Source of the DNA: Paraspadella gotoi
Taxonomy: Eukaryota; Animalia; Chaetognatha
DNA length: 64,000 nt
Direction of reading: 5' to 3'
Assembly (NCBI GenBank): GCA_051294375.1
Contig: CM119266.1
Location: 23,056,350-23,120,349, forward strand
Shown here: positions 27,860 through 40,587 of the stretch, one piece after another
How the letters are laid out: each line of letters opens with the position of its first letter
How positions within the stretch are numbered: the stretch's first letter is position 1
Position numbers and translations under genes: made by a program
The notes under the pieces: model-generated
Seen by the model: the letters and a program-made list of their open reading frames with translations, nothing else
Told to the model about the DNA's origin: nothing
Database searches by the model: none

Positions 27860-29379
27860 CTGAGGGAGGAGGGGAAGAGGACGAGATAAACCGGGAAATA
27901 AAGCAAAAATAATCATATAAAGATCAGTTAATTAATAAATAGTTAATTTAAATATAAAAAGATAGTTTGTTTTTGTTGTTTTTTTTAGATTTTATTTCTG
28001 TCGTCGTTTCAGAGATTAAAAAAAACAAAAAAACGAACAAATCGTTTTTTAAAAAAAATCTCTTCGACTCAGTGAATTGTCGTTTTACTAAAGTTTATGT
28101 AGTTTTTTTTTTTAACTTTAGAAAGATTTCAGTTTTGTATTTTAAAACAAACGAAAAGTTGTCGAACGAGTGACGGGTCTTCGGGCTCGGAGAAAGTCTT
28201 CGACTAAATCAAAACTGGCAGGAAAGTCAATCGAGAGACTTACTTTTTCGAGGAATGTAGGGTCTGTCTCTTTTTTCCAGCGACGCAGAAAAAATAAACA
28301 AGTCTCCGGGATTTCCCTGGGATTTTCTTTCGCGAGTGGAATGGAAGGAGAAGTGAATTCGGGAGCGAAGAATCGAAAGTCTGTTGCCGAAGAATTCGAT
28401 CTCCGCTTCTGGGGTCAAAACTCTTTTTCGCCGGGTTTACACGACAGATAACGAGCGATCCCGGAATTTTTGGGGAGGCGGAGAGAACTCCGGGGGCGGG
28501 CGAGGGGGGGCACCACCGGACGGGAAATTTATAAGCAATTCGTTTCGAATTTAATTTGAAATTATAAATTTTTAAAAACGTCAGTAGTAATGATATGAAG
28601 CAAATTTTACTAAACACTAATTATATCTACAGTTACATTTTATATATAAATAATTCTTCCGTTTCGTGTTTCGATTTTTAGAACTTTAGTGCCGTCATTC
28701 GCCGCCGCGGTCCCACATGATCGATCCACTCCCGCATGCTTCTCTTAAAGCTTCGTTATTGTTTTAATTCCCGACTCACGCCCTGTTAAAAGTCGAAAAC
28801 ATAATTTACGTGATTCTGGTCGTCGTCGTCGTCGCAGCCCGGTCATGTCGATCTCGATTTAATGTGAAACCAAACGCATTAATGTTATTAATATGTGGCT
28901 TTTTATAACAGATATTTACTGAAGCCAAATTTATTAACTTCTCGGAAGTATCGGATACTGTATACAAGCTATTTTCTATTTCTGATTAATAAAAAAAAAA
29001 GAAGATTATAAAGCGAGGAAATATTATTAATATCATTTATTTGTTATTAATATTTTATAAAATGAGATTGGTTACCGAGAAATGTTATCACTGATTTGGC
29101 CTTTTGATGGCGAAGTTTTAAAATCAACAGTGGTAATCTTTGTATAACAACTTTGTATAACATAGTCAGGCGCAAGATAGCTTAGTAAGAGAACTTAGGA
29201 GTATGTTTGGATTCCACGACCTATTTACAATTTTTAATAATCGTAAGAAAACCTTTATCTTAAAGATCTATACAATGAAAAATACTGTTCTTCAGAAACT
29301 TGTTCTGTTTTTTACAACATAAGAATTAATTAATTAATTTTATTTAATTGTTTTTGTTTCTCTCTATTTTATTATATTT

Positions 29380-29580
29380 ATGAAATTGGTACAACCAATA
29401 TAAAAATTATCCATTCATTTTATAAATAGGCTATCTTGCCCCTGACTTTGGACAGGCTTTGGTGGTTTAAGGCCTCCATCACTCTTACAAGATAATGACA
29501 TAGCAGGTCCCTGCAAGCTTTCAATCAAGACTCTCAGTCTCGTTTATTCACTCCCAGAGTACCTGTCTTCCCTATCAATA
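29380..29580 (-). mobile_element. ~200-nt dispersed short retroposon (family A), most complete copy
   Basis: Related copies at ~730-912 (-), 10718-10889 (+), 13052-13224 (+), 18905-19037 (+), 20905-21017 (+), 29657-29704 (+) and 34736-34802 (+). All share the 3' end ...TATATTGGTTGTACCAATTTCAT; 5' ends vary. Confidence 0.8.
29432..29494 (-). ncRNA. Type-P5 twister-like ribozyme in family A
   Basis: TATCTTG-TAA-GAGT-GA-TGG-AGGCCT-TAA-ACC-AC-CAAAG-CCTG-T-CCA-AA-GT-CAGG-GG-CAAGATA: P5 7 bp, T1 CCA/TGG, T2 AC/GT, P4 CCTG/CAGG. Confidence 0.7.
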
Positions 29581-30713
29581 TATACCTATATTAGTATGTT
29601 TGTTTGTTGATGATTGAACTGAATCAACCTAGTTGTATTCGAATAAAATCGCATATATTAAATGAATGGAGGGTTACTTTTTATATTGGTTGTACCAATT
29701 TCATGTAGTAAACCACTGAATTAAATAGGAATTAAAGTAATTTAGAAAGGTACAACCACAAAAATTTGTTTCACTTTGGCGAGCGCGAACCAACCATAAT
29801 AAAACGAGATATAAAATAAAACGATTACCGCATTATTTATGAGCCTGTGAAGCAACGATATCAGCTGATTTGACCCTATTTTTTCAGTCCTTATATATAT
29901 ATTTTTATATATTATATATTTATTATTCGATCGAGTCTTCCCCTGATGCCGTAACATCACCACCCCCTCAAACCTCCCGCATTCGCGAAACTTGTAAATT
30001 TCCGAGTCTTCAAAAAAAAAAAAAAAAACAAGAAAAACAGAAAACAATCACTGATTTTGAAAACGTTTTCCAGCCAGAGTCGAGGAATGATTTTTTTCAG
30101 ATGTTTTAACATTTATAACTAGTATTACTGACAAAGTTTATCCATATGGAGCGTTTGATAAAAGCAAAATGAATAGTAAACACGGTGTCTGTTTTTGTCA
30201 GTATCATTTATAGGGTGATAAATTCAACTCATACGTAGTTAAACTGAACGCCCTCGAGTCGAAAACGCTTATAAACAAAAATATACACATTTGACGTAGA
30301 TATATAGACTTTTTTTCCATAACGCCTCACGAAAAAAACGCTCGAATCCGAGCGGTTTAAAAGGAAAGAAAAATCGATCAAGATGCTTAGGGTTCAATTA
30401 TACGAAAAAAAAGTCATGTGTCGCAAAATTAATCGTGTTAAGCTTCAAAACCTCTCACGAGTCCAAAAAACACACAGATTCTTTGAACTGACCTACTTTC
30501 GCAAACAAACCTTATATTTCAATTAATATCCGAGTTAAAACTTTCTTGCGCTCTCGATTTAGTTATTTAGCTAAACGCGGACAGATGAAGATTGAAAATT
30601 TTACCATTCGATAAGATTATTAATTATACGCAGGGGCGCCGAAATAACCTTTTTTTAAAAAAAATTTTAAAAGTCTAACGATTCGGCTATTTTCGTATAT
30701 ACGTAAATCGATC

Positions 30714-33668
30714 ATGTGTTTTACCGACGCCCGTTTTTGGGGCGTCATCGTCCTCTCGACGATCTTGGCGATCCCGACGTCTTCAACCGAGTCATCTCAC
30801 TCTCCCGGCGTCGTCAGCGTCATACTTCCGAATTCCGGCGCCGAAGTTTTGGGTCGCGAAATTCTCGTCAACGGCGGTGTGGACGTCGCCTGGCGATTCA
30901 GGGGCGTCCCTTACGCCAAGCCGCCTCTCGGAGAACTGAGATTTCAGCCGCCAGAACCACTGGATCCGCCAGAAGATGGGGTTAGTTGCTTTGAAATTAA
31001 AAAAAAAAAAAATTAAATATTGTGCGTAAACGAACGCCAACATTTTGTTCGATGTACATAATTTAAAAATTAAGCTATTGTATTATTTTCTCTCTTTTCG
31101 TTGCTAAGTGAATATTAGGAAATGTTTATTGAGTGCCAATACAACGATAATGAAAAAAATAATAATAAAAAATCGTTGTATTGGCACTCAATAAACATTT
31201 CCTAAAAATTAAGCTTAAATTTATTTAAACAGAAACCAATCGATGCATCCACTGACCAACCGCGCGCCTGTCATGGAATGGTGATGGATCGTCGCTTCGG
31301 CATGACGGACGAATTGGAATTGGGCGCCAATCGGCAGGCGGTCGCGGATTCAATGTCGGAAGATTGTCTCTATCTCAACGTGTGGACGACGCCGTTGAAC
31401 AAGGTTCATATTAATACAAATAATTGAATACATTTTTGAATGCAGATTAAGGTTGGCATATGAAAAGAAATGACTACGCTTCTTCAGACCGCGCCACTCC
31501 GCCCGGTCCTCGTTCAGATTCACGGCGGCGGATTCTTCGCCGGCGCCGCCGATTATTCGGCCTACGACGGCGCCGTTCTCACTACGCGCGCCGATGTCGT
31601 CGTCGTCGTCCCCAATTACAGGTTTGGAGTTTTCGGTTTCCTGACGCTGGGCACCGATGACATGCCTGGCAACGCCGGGCTGTGGGACGTTGTAGTGTCT
31701 CTCAAATGGATCCGGGATAATATCCAAGGTGAGGTTGAACACTTAGTTCGTTTCCTCGATAATTCGCTTCTTTAGATAACTCTCGCCCCCCTCTCGCCAG
31801 CTTTCGGCGGTGATCCGTCTCGAGTTACGCTCTTGGGGGAGAGTGCCGGCGGCACCGTCGTCGACGCACTTCTGGAATCCCCGAGGGCGCGCCCGCTTTT
31901 TGCCCGCGCCATAATTTCAAGCGGCGTCGCGAAGCACAACGTCTACGGAATTGCGGCGCAGGAGGAGATCGTGAGGAACTCTATCATGTTTTTGCGTTCT
32001 CTGCGATTTAAAACGAGACGAAATCACGAAGGGGCTCTTGAGAAAGATCTGGACGACGAAAGCCGAGTGGACGAGAAGGAAGAGGAGATCGAAGTTGACG
32101 AAGACATCGAAGATCTCGAAGAGGACGTCGCTGAGGATAAAGATGAAGACAAACAACCGGACGACTCAGCCGGAGACGATCTCGAAGAAAAATCGAAAGA
32201 CGATCCCGAAAACAAAGTTCCAATTTTCGACGAGGGGTCCTCTGACAAATCTAAGTTACGGGCCTTTATTCTCAGACAACTGTTCTTAGCCAAAAAGCTG
32301 AAAGCCACGGTCCTCGACAAAATACAGTGGATCCGTTTAACCCAATATCCCGGCTCCCTGTACCCCTTCCGCCCGATGGTCGACGAGCGCGTATTGATGG
32401 AGGATTCGTACCTCGCGCCCGGCGCCGACGGGAACGTCGACGTTGACGTCATCCTCGGGTGGAACGATCAAGAGTTCGCCAATTACGCCATCACTAGTTT
32501 ACTCGCCGATGTCGGGCTCAACGCTAAAGATAAGGACGCCGTATTGTGGAATGTTACGCGAGTGGCCGAATACTGGAAGAACCACGTCAACGAATCCAGG
32601 TACGAGGGCGATACTATTCGCTAATGATAAATTCTGCTGTGGGTTATTCCGATTAAAACTCAAATAGCGTAATTATCACGGAAATTATTTATTTTTCATC
32701 CAAATTCAGCAATTTAAACCTCAAAGAATTCAATGGGACCGCGAGGTTCGAGACTGTTTACAGGTTGTCCGAGAACAGGTTGGTCTTTTTGACTTATGAT
32801 TACTGATTACATTGATTAGTGCCCACTTGAGGTCGCTGATCGATGACGGCTATGACTTTCCTTTCTTCCCGCGCTTCAGCTCAATCGTCAGCCAGTTTTA
32901 CACCGCCATCAAGCGAGAGACCGACTCTTGGTTCGTCTGCCCGATGATCGCCCGCGCCCGCCGGCTCTCGGAGGTTCCGGGCGTCAACGTCTACGCTTAC
33001 GAGATGCGTCACAACCTGGAGGCGCTCCCGGACTGGATGGGCGCGCATCACGGCATGCAACTGCCACTCGTATTTGGGCGTATGCTTGATCCCGATAGGA
33101 TGTACAGGTGAGCGATATAAGTTAACTCGAAACGCAAAACTTGCATAAAAGAAATTGTAGCTAGGGGCCGAGGGGAATTAGTAAAAAATGGTTTGGTCAG
33201 TGAAAAGATTTATTTTTAATTTGACAAAACTTTTTTATAACGACTCTCGTCAGAACCGCCGGGACTTCGACCTCTCCTCCCGGGGCGATCCCATTCTCAG
33301 ACACGGACGTCTCCGTCAGCGTCGACTTCATTAAGGAATTAGCTTCTTTCGTGCGTGACGGACGCCCAACTCTCACTTGGCCCCAATTCACTGCGGGTGA
33401 TGAACGTGTTCGCATCTTCGGTCAGCGACGTTCCGAGGAAGAATTTGACCTAAACGAAAAAGACGAGTCGAAAGGCGACGAAAAGTGGGAGCGGCTTTCT
33501 CCGTGGCAGAGACAACGTTGCGACTTTGTGGGTGACAGTTACCTGGAGGAATCCACGCAGGGTTCGGCGATCAAGTCGTCCCTGTCGTGGCCGCTTCTGG
33601 TCTTTTCCACTATTGCGATTATGCTCACAATGACGATGATGATTTCCAAAATTATCTCTAGGCCTTGA
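30714..33668 (+). CDS. Type-B carboxylesterase / cholinesterase-like protein, ~729 aa, signal peptide and probable GPI-anchor signal, 7 exons
   Basis: Phase-consistent exons 30714-30980, 31233-31403, 31488-31728, 31801-32599, 32710-32778, 32880-33107, 33254-33668. Motifs [60 protein letters not shown] (catalytic Ser), GWNDQE (acid), WMGAHHG (His); C-terminal GSA-spacer-hydrophobic tail. Confidence 0.95.
31115..31205. repeat. Perfect 34-bp inverted repeat in intron 1 of the esterase
   Basis: TTAGGAAATGTTTATTGAGTGCCAATACAACGAT, 23-nt A-rich loop, exact reverse complement. Confidence 0.9.
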
Positions 33669-34179
33669 CCCGGTGTTTGTGATGAAGTATCGCTCTACTG
33701 TTTTTATCGGAATTGTCTTTTTCGTTTTTACTGAAATTGAATATAATTTAACTTTTATTCCAAAAATCGTTTTCGCTTTCTAGTACATGATAATTTTCGT
33801 GAGTTAAAATTAAAGGAATTGTGGTGGTATATTCACACCACCTCACGTCCACGATCGTTCAGCCAATGCCATAGGCTCTGAGGGGTAACACACCATCCCA
33901 GGCGTTGTGTTCCATCCAGTCCTAACGACTTCCCTCTGCGTTGGCAAAGCGAGACCGTCCTTGGGTAACCGCGCCAGTGACTGGATGCATCACTGATAAC
34001 GAATATCTAGTAAGCCCTCTTCGGAAAGAATATTTTTTTGTCAACCATCGGTAACAAGAAGTCGTTGCTTTTTAACTAAAATGATTTAATAAGTAAACGG
34101 CTTTAATAATAAATAAAACGAGCTAAGGCTAAAACGAAGTAAAACATGAATTGGTTACTTTATATACAAAGATATATTG

Positions 34180-34360
34180 ACGTAGCAGTACCACTTAAAG
34201 CTACCTCGTGAGTTAAGTGAGCGAAATCTCGTTCCGGGTTCAATCCTAGGGCATCCCGGTTCTGGCTTAAATGTTTCGGGACACATACCAGTGACAGGCG
34301 GTCACGGAGTGTCCGCAGCCCCTTCGCCAGTTGGTGAGATACTCCACGCAACGGGTATCA
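34180..34360 (+). mobile_element. Possible tRNA-derived SINE
   Basis: B-box-like GGGTTCAATCC at ~34236-34246 in an isolated GC-rich island; single copy in the window. Confidence 0.35.
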
Positions 34361-35799
34361 AAGGCATAGCCTCAGTTCTTAATTTGTTTTTCGAATAAAC
34401 GATAGGGGCTTTACCGTCGTTTGTTGAAAGAGATAAAGGGTAAATTGTACATACCGTATATACTTGCTCCCTATCTAACTATTGATTACTGAATATTAAA
34501 AAATGAAAAATGTTAGTAACCTTTCCCGTTAAAATGTTTTCACATAATGTCTGACGCAATTATTTTCAGAAAATTTCTCCTTAAAAAACTTTATTGCTTT
34601 TGCTTCCTATTTTCTCTTTGTACCTAAAATTATCGTAATCATTTAACACCCTGATGCTTGCGAACAGAGAAATGCGGTAAGTGGCAAGTCCATGAAAATC
34701 GTCAAAAAATTGGCAATAGTAGTGGGCAGTGACATAAGTCGGGGGCAAGATAGCTTATTTATTAAATGAATAGTCAATTCTTATATAGGTTGTACCAGTT
34801 TCCTAAAATTAACCCTAATTCTTAATTTTGACATTAACATGAAAAAAAAAATGACAATCCTTAACTTGCAGAGTTCCCTCGCGGAAACCGACTGAAATCG
34901 CCCCAAAACAAAAGGTTCTCAAAAAGATAGGGAAACTTATAAAATTTAATTGCATGGACGGCAACAGAATGATCTCCGTGATTGGAAGATTATTTCATTT
35001 CTTTTTGGTTTTATCTCTTTACTGCGTCTTCTTGGTGGTTAATACTAAGTAAGTGCAAGAATTTGTGAACAAAATGCTACTGAGCATTAACTTGTCGGAT
35101 TCCGAGTATATAGATGACTGTCGATATGTTTGGTTGATCAGTTTCATTATTAAATGAAAAAAAAATTATAATTTTTTTATCCAGATAAAAGGTGTGCTAC
35201 AACAACTTTTTTATATTACAGGGGTAGGACCCTACATCGCGACAAAATTTTAAAAATCATTACTCTTAAAATCTGAATAAATATTCGTATAGTCTTCTCT
35301 CTTAGCTTTTAGACGATTTATTAATTGTTTTGATATTATGCTTTTTAGTTTTAACAATTTTTATCTATAATTTTATTTATAAATATTAAAAAAATAATTA
35401 TTAATGCTTCGAGCCATTTAAAAAAATTTGGTCCATTGAAAGTTTTCTTAGAAATGTATAATGTTTCATTTGGGAAGGTTCCCAAATAAAACTTCTGACC
35501 CACACTAATGACATAGATTTGCCCTAGCTAAATTGTATATTCACGGATTTTCTGGTCGGTTATTTTAGATTAAATTTTTCCCTTGAAAAGCCAAAGGTTT
35601 TTTTATATATTATTATACCGGCTGACGTAGAATGTTGGCAATCAAGTTTAATGTAAATCGGACCATGAATATAAAAAATAACAAATAACTTTAAAAAATC
35701 CGATGGAATAATCTTGCCATAAAAATTTTTTTACCGAATCTGACTTCCACTCTTTTACTTTTACCCTAATCATTTATTTTTAAAATAATATAATTAAAT

Positions 35800-36122
35800 A
35801 ATTAGAGGAGTTTGAATTTAGTTTCAACAACGATTTATTTTATTATTAACGGACATGTTTCGCCTTCATCAGCGTTAAAAAGTTTGTGAATTTGAAACAG
35901 ATTATGTGCATAAAGAAAAGAGAGAGAGAGGGAATGGACAAAGTTTCCAACACAGAGTTGAGAAAGGACAGTGGTCAATTGTGAGGACAGATTAAGGTGA
36001 CACAAATAGAGCTAGTTCTATTTGCTTCACCTTAATCTGTCCTCACATTTGACCACTTTTCTTTTCTCAACTTTGTTTTAGAAACTTATCCCATTCCCTC
36101 TCTCTTTCTCTCTTTCTCTCAC
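35800..36122. mobile_element. Inverted pair of Penelope-type pseudo-LTR fragments; minus-strand hammerhead with helix II deleted
   Basis: 35800-35930 is an inverted copy of 40540-40680 (CTGATGAAGGCGAAACATGTC at 35872-35852). 35920-36000 and 36027-36105 are inverted repeats of each other and resemble 60930-61020. Confidence 0.7.
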
Positions 36123-36169
36123 ACAATCGCAATAGATACCAGTACAGAATCGCAACCAGAAGGACAGTT

Positions 36170-37410
36170 TCCGCTCATTCAAAATGGCAACTTGATCTAA
36201 AGTCTTCAGTATAGTACAGGTTAATATAAATTCGATTGTACCAAGAGAAAGATGAGCTAAATAATTTAATTGACAAACTAAACAACAAGAAAATCACAAA
36301 GACTATACTCATTAAGGCGGCCAAAATTTAACATTTTTTACAATATGAAAAAGTCTGCAATAAAAGTCTTTGGTCCTTTTCAAGCTAAATTGACTTATGA
36401 TTTTAAATTTTGATTAAATTAATTTTCCTCACGCATGGAAGCATTTTAATATTTAACAATATATAAGAAATGCTTAAAATTTTTGTTAAAAGAGATTAAA
36501 ATTTTTAAAAATGGATTCAGATAGAGATTAAAAAGTTAGATAAAGGTTAGTACTACAAATTTTAAAAATTGTAATGATAAATAGGTTAAAATTTGAAAAA
36601 ACCTTAAAAAATTATTATTATCATCATCATTCATTAAATTTTATTGTTTTTATTAATTTTCATAAATAATTAAAATTTCAAAAAGTTGTAATCATAACCT
36701 TCATCTAACTTTTCAAGCTCTCTCAGAATCCATAAAAAAAATTAAAATTTCTTGAAAAAAATTTTTGACATTATATTGTATTAAGATAAATCTTAATTTT
36801 TTTTTGATTTTTACGATCTTTAATAAACAAATTAACAATATTTATACCGGATTTCTGTTAGTTTCTAACCTGTTCCGCCTTATTACTCATGTTCAATGAT
36901 ACCAGGCTCAAACACGAAGACAAATATTCTATAACGGGGTATATATAAAAAGGAGAGATCATAAATAGCAGGTCGGCAGGCGGGGTAGCAATCGCCCTAC
37001 CATTGGACTTTAACATTTTGGAATCAACATTGAGCAATGATAATGAATCAGAATACATTATCATAAAAACCGAATACAAAAATACAGGCAGGCTTATCAT
37101 AGCAACAACATATGAAAGAATAAAAGAATAAAGACAAGTTTTTTTTGAGAATTTAAAGAAAATGCATAATGATCGTCAAAGTACACCAACCATTATTATG
37201 GGAGATTTTAATGTAAAAGTAATTTTATTGGAGGATCAGTCAAAGGCAAAATACTAGAAAAACAAAGAGAGGAATACAACTACACATGTGTCAACATACC
37301 GGATCCAACATACTACAGTTTTTTCAACAGCAGTAAGGCCTGCCTAGACCTGAGTTTTGTAAACCGGGAAGGTCTGAACAGAACCAAAAATTGGTCTACT
37401 GAAGCAGCGG
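36170..37410 (+). pseudogene. Degenerate AP-endonuclease of a non-LTR retrotransposon, split by an AT-rich palindromic insertion (~36312-36845)
   Basis: Fragments QVNINSI, MFNDTRLK...ITGY...SAGGVAIA, IIMGDFN, TYYSF...ACLDLSFV are the classical APE motifs; stops and frameshifts present. Confidence 0.7.
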
Positions 37411-37595
37411 ATTCAAACACACGTACAAAAATTGTATCTTTTGTCGTCGCTCTCACCGTCGCAACTGCTTCCTCCATCTTTCAAATTATCGTCGTTTCTG
37501 TCGATCCCGATCCTGACGGAGGCTTAATTCTTTCTCTCGATGAGTCACCCAGCATGCCCTAATTGTATTGTTGCAAAAGTAGCATCGGAAAAAAT

Positions 37596-37718
37596 AACCC
37601 TAATCCCTTACCCTAATCCCAACCTTAATCCCTAGCCCTTAACCCTAACCCTAATCCCAACCATAATCCCTAATATCTATCCTCTAAACTAACCTGTATC
37701 TCCTAACCAAACCCTAAA
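37596..37718. repeat. Degenerate interstitial telomere-like (CCCTAA)n tract
   Basis: AACCCTAATCCCTTACCCTAATCCCAACC...CCCTAACCCTAA. Confidence 0.7.
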
Positions 37719-37721
37719 CAA

Positions 37722-38318
37722 TAAGGCGTAGTAAATTTTTAAATTTAACTTTAATTAAAATTCTAAAAGTGAGGACACGAACAACATTATACTAATGAAA
37801 ATTTATGTAATAAAAAATTTATAATTTTACAATTTACGCAGTAGGCCATATTTATAGTAGTACTAAACCAATAAATGTTAAAATTCAAAACAGTTTTTTT
37901 CTAAGATTTTTTTGCAGATTTGGATTCGTCATAAAAAGTTGATAAAAGAAATATAACTCTTTTGATAAATTCCTTCATTAAGTGGTCAAAAATTAGAAAA
38001 AGCTATTTTTAACTGAAAATAAACTTTTATATATAAATCTAGTTTTTTAATTTTTAACCACTTAATGAAAAAAATTTTAAAAATGATTTATATTTTCTTT
38101 TATCAACTTTGACAAGGAATTCAAATCTGCAATCAAAATTAAGAAAAGCCTATTTTAAAATTTTTCGATTTTATAAGGATAGTACTATATATTAAAATAT
38201 AGCCTACTGTGAAAATTAAAAAACAAAATGAATTTTTTTTACAAATTAATGTTCACTGATGGCCTGTTGTTCATAATTAACTTTTAGAATTTTCGTATGT
38301 AACTTTCACTACGCCTTA
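37722..38318. mobile_element. ~600-bp imperfect palindromic MITE; a second copy at ~58634-59130 abuts the Penelope element
   Basis: TAAGGCGTAGT...ACTACGCCTTA termini, arms mirror around ~38030; 58634-59130 matches this element in reverse orientation. Confidence 0.75.
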
Positions 38319-38760
38319 CTAAACAATTAATCCATCGTTCAAATTATCATTCAAATTATCGTCGTCGTATTTGTCGATCCTGACAGAGAGAGCCAGAGAG
38401 AGCGAGAGAGATTCGCTGCTCCGTCATATGGCAAGGGGGCATCAATATTTGAAAAGGCCGGTAGATGTAGTAAAACTGAAGTAGAAAAGGCAAGAAATTC
38501 TGTACAATTACTTGGAATAGAAATAGTGATAGTAGTCTGGCGGTAAGACCCCGCCGGGGGCTCGCTTTTTTTAAAGTATTGTCATGTTAGGATACCCTAG
38601 TATTTTTTTTAAATACCCTAGTATTTTTTTTTTTAATTACTTTGACAAATCGATAGTTTTTAAGTATAAAGTAAAGCGGTAAGACCCCGCCGGGGGCGCG
38701 CACAAAGTTTTATTTGGCGGTAAGAACCCGAGAAGGGCCCGCAAAATAGGATCGCCCTAA

Positions 38761-40456
38761 GGTAGAGCTCCCAGAAATACCATGCATTTTTGAAAGTCCT
38801 GATACCTGAAAAGTTTCTTGTGCCAAATTTAGTGGAGAAAACGATTATCACAATAAAAATTTCCCGAATGCTCTTGATGATTTTCCACGCCAGTTTTGCG
38901 TCGTACCACTTCCGGTTTTAAAAATTTAAAATTTTTGGAAAAAAATGAGCTGTTATTCAGCCAGCATACTTAAATTAATCAAAATAAAATTATTAATAAC
39001 CTTAATACTCAATTTATTGTTTGTGGTTTATAAATAAGGTTAAAAAATTATTATTACAAAGACTTAAAATTAGAAATTATTTGTTTTTTTAAGCCAATCG
39101 TCCCTGACCAAATTCTAATAAGATTTTATAAGAAGTATGATTTGGTTATACAAATAGAATTCTCTCAGGATTTAAATATTAAATATCCTTAAACCAAGAT
39201 ATTGGCCTTTAAAGGTTTGCCAATGATGCTAAAAGAAAGTAGCTAATTAGATAAAAGGCGCTTTGGCCTTTGTGGCTAGCAAGCCTCCCACTCACCTAAC
39301 CTTAGCTCTCCCCAACCTAAACCTTAGCCAGGCCTTTTATTCATTTTGCAAGCCTCAACCCTGATCTTAATGTCCCAGGTACAAGCTAGTACAAGCTAAC
39401 GGCAAAATTATCATTGGCCAGGTTGCTATGATTAAGTGCAATTTGGACCAGCTCAGAAAAGGATAAGAAGCTTGGGTTAAGGTTAGGGAAGCTACTGGGG
39501 AAGGAAATTAAAGATTAAGTTTAGCCTTATTGATGGCCAGGAGGCAGGGAAGCCTCAGTTGAGGCTCAGAGGTAAAACCTCAGGCTGAGGTGAGGGTTGT
39601 GGATAGTCTTTTAAGTGATGCAGGGTTAGGGTTCTGGCATGATATAAAACAGGAGGCCTAGGTTAGGGTTAGGGCTAAGGAAGTGGCTCTCTGCAGATGT
39701 TACCAGCCAGGGAAACTGGTAAGAGTTTGGATCAGGGACTGGTTTTGAGTTAAGGTTCAGCAGGAAGTACACTAGCTTGGGTTAACGTTAGGGGAAAGGT
39801 TGCTCGGTTAAGATTCAGACTTAGGGTAAGACAAGAAGTTCACGTTAAGGTTAGGGCTAGGGTTAGGTTAGATATCCCAAGCTAGGGAAACTGATTAAGA
39901 TTAAAGGTTTAGGGTTAGGGCTGAGTGAGAGGCTTGCTAGCTGCAAAGGCCAAGTCGCCTTCCATCTTATTCGCTACTTTATTTTTGCATCACTTGGTAA
40001 ACTTTTTAAAGGTCAATATCTTGGTTTAAAGATTAAAGATTTAAATCCCTTTGACAGTTCTATTTGTTTAACCAGATAGTAAAATTTTATTAAAATTAAT
40101 GGAGTAGTTTGATTAGGGCCAATTTGGCTTAAAAAAATTATGAATTTTTAACTTTTGTAATGATATTTTTATAACCTAATTTATAAACCAAAACAAAAAA
40201 TGTAATATTAAGGTTATTGGTAACTTTATTTTGATTAATTTAAGTATGCTGGCTGAATAACAGCTCATTTTTTTCAAAAATCCTGAATTTTTAAAACCGG
40301 AAGTGGTTCGACGCAAAACTAGCGTGGAAAATCCATAATGAGCATCCAGAAAAAATTTTTTATTGTGATTTTTGTTTTCTCCACTAAATTTGACACAAGA
40401 AACTTTGCAGGTATCAGGAACTTTCATAAATGTATGATATTTTGGGAGGTCTACCC
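38761..40456. mobile_element. 1.7-kb foldback DNA transposon with ~540-bp terminal inverted repeats and TAA TSD (PIF/Harbinger-like)
   Basis: 38761-39300 is the reverse complement of ~39915-40456; flanked by TAA at 38758-38760 and 40457-40459; the interior is built of degenerate TTAGGG/CCCTAA units. Confidence 0.75.
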
Positions 40457-40512
40457 TAAGGGCTGCTTCTCCTCATCCCGGGCGTTTTTAGTAATATCTT
40501 ATCATCATCATC

Positions 40513-40552
<40 letters not shown>

Positions 40553-40587
40553 TTATGCACATAATCTGTTTCAAATTCACAAACTTT

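Noticed and set aside
29510-29565. Possible hammerhead in the 5' half of family A (hairpin followed by GAAAGCTT)
   Set aside because: No CUGANGA box correctly placed before the hairpin, and extra bases before GAAA.
34300-34355. HDV-like ribozyme candidate (GGAGTGT/ATACTCC stem)
   Set aside because: No P1.1, P2 or J4/2 elements could be placed.
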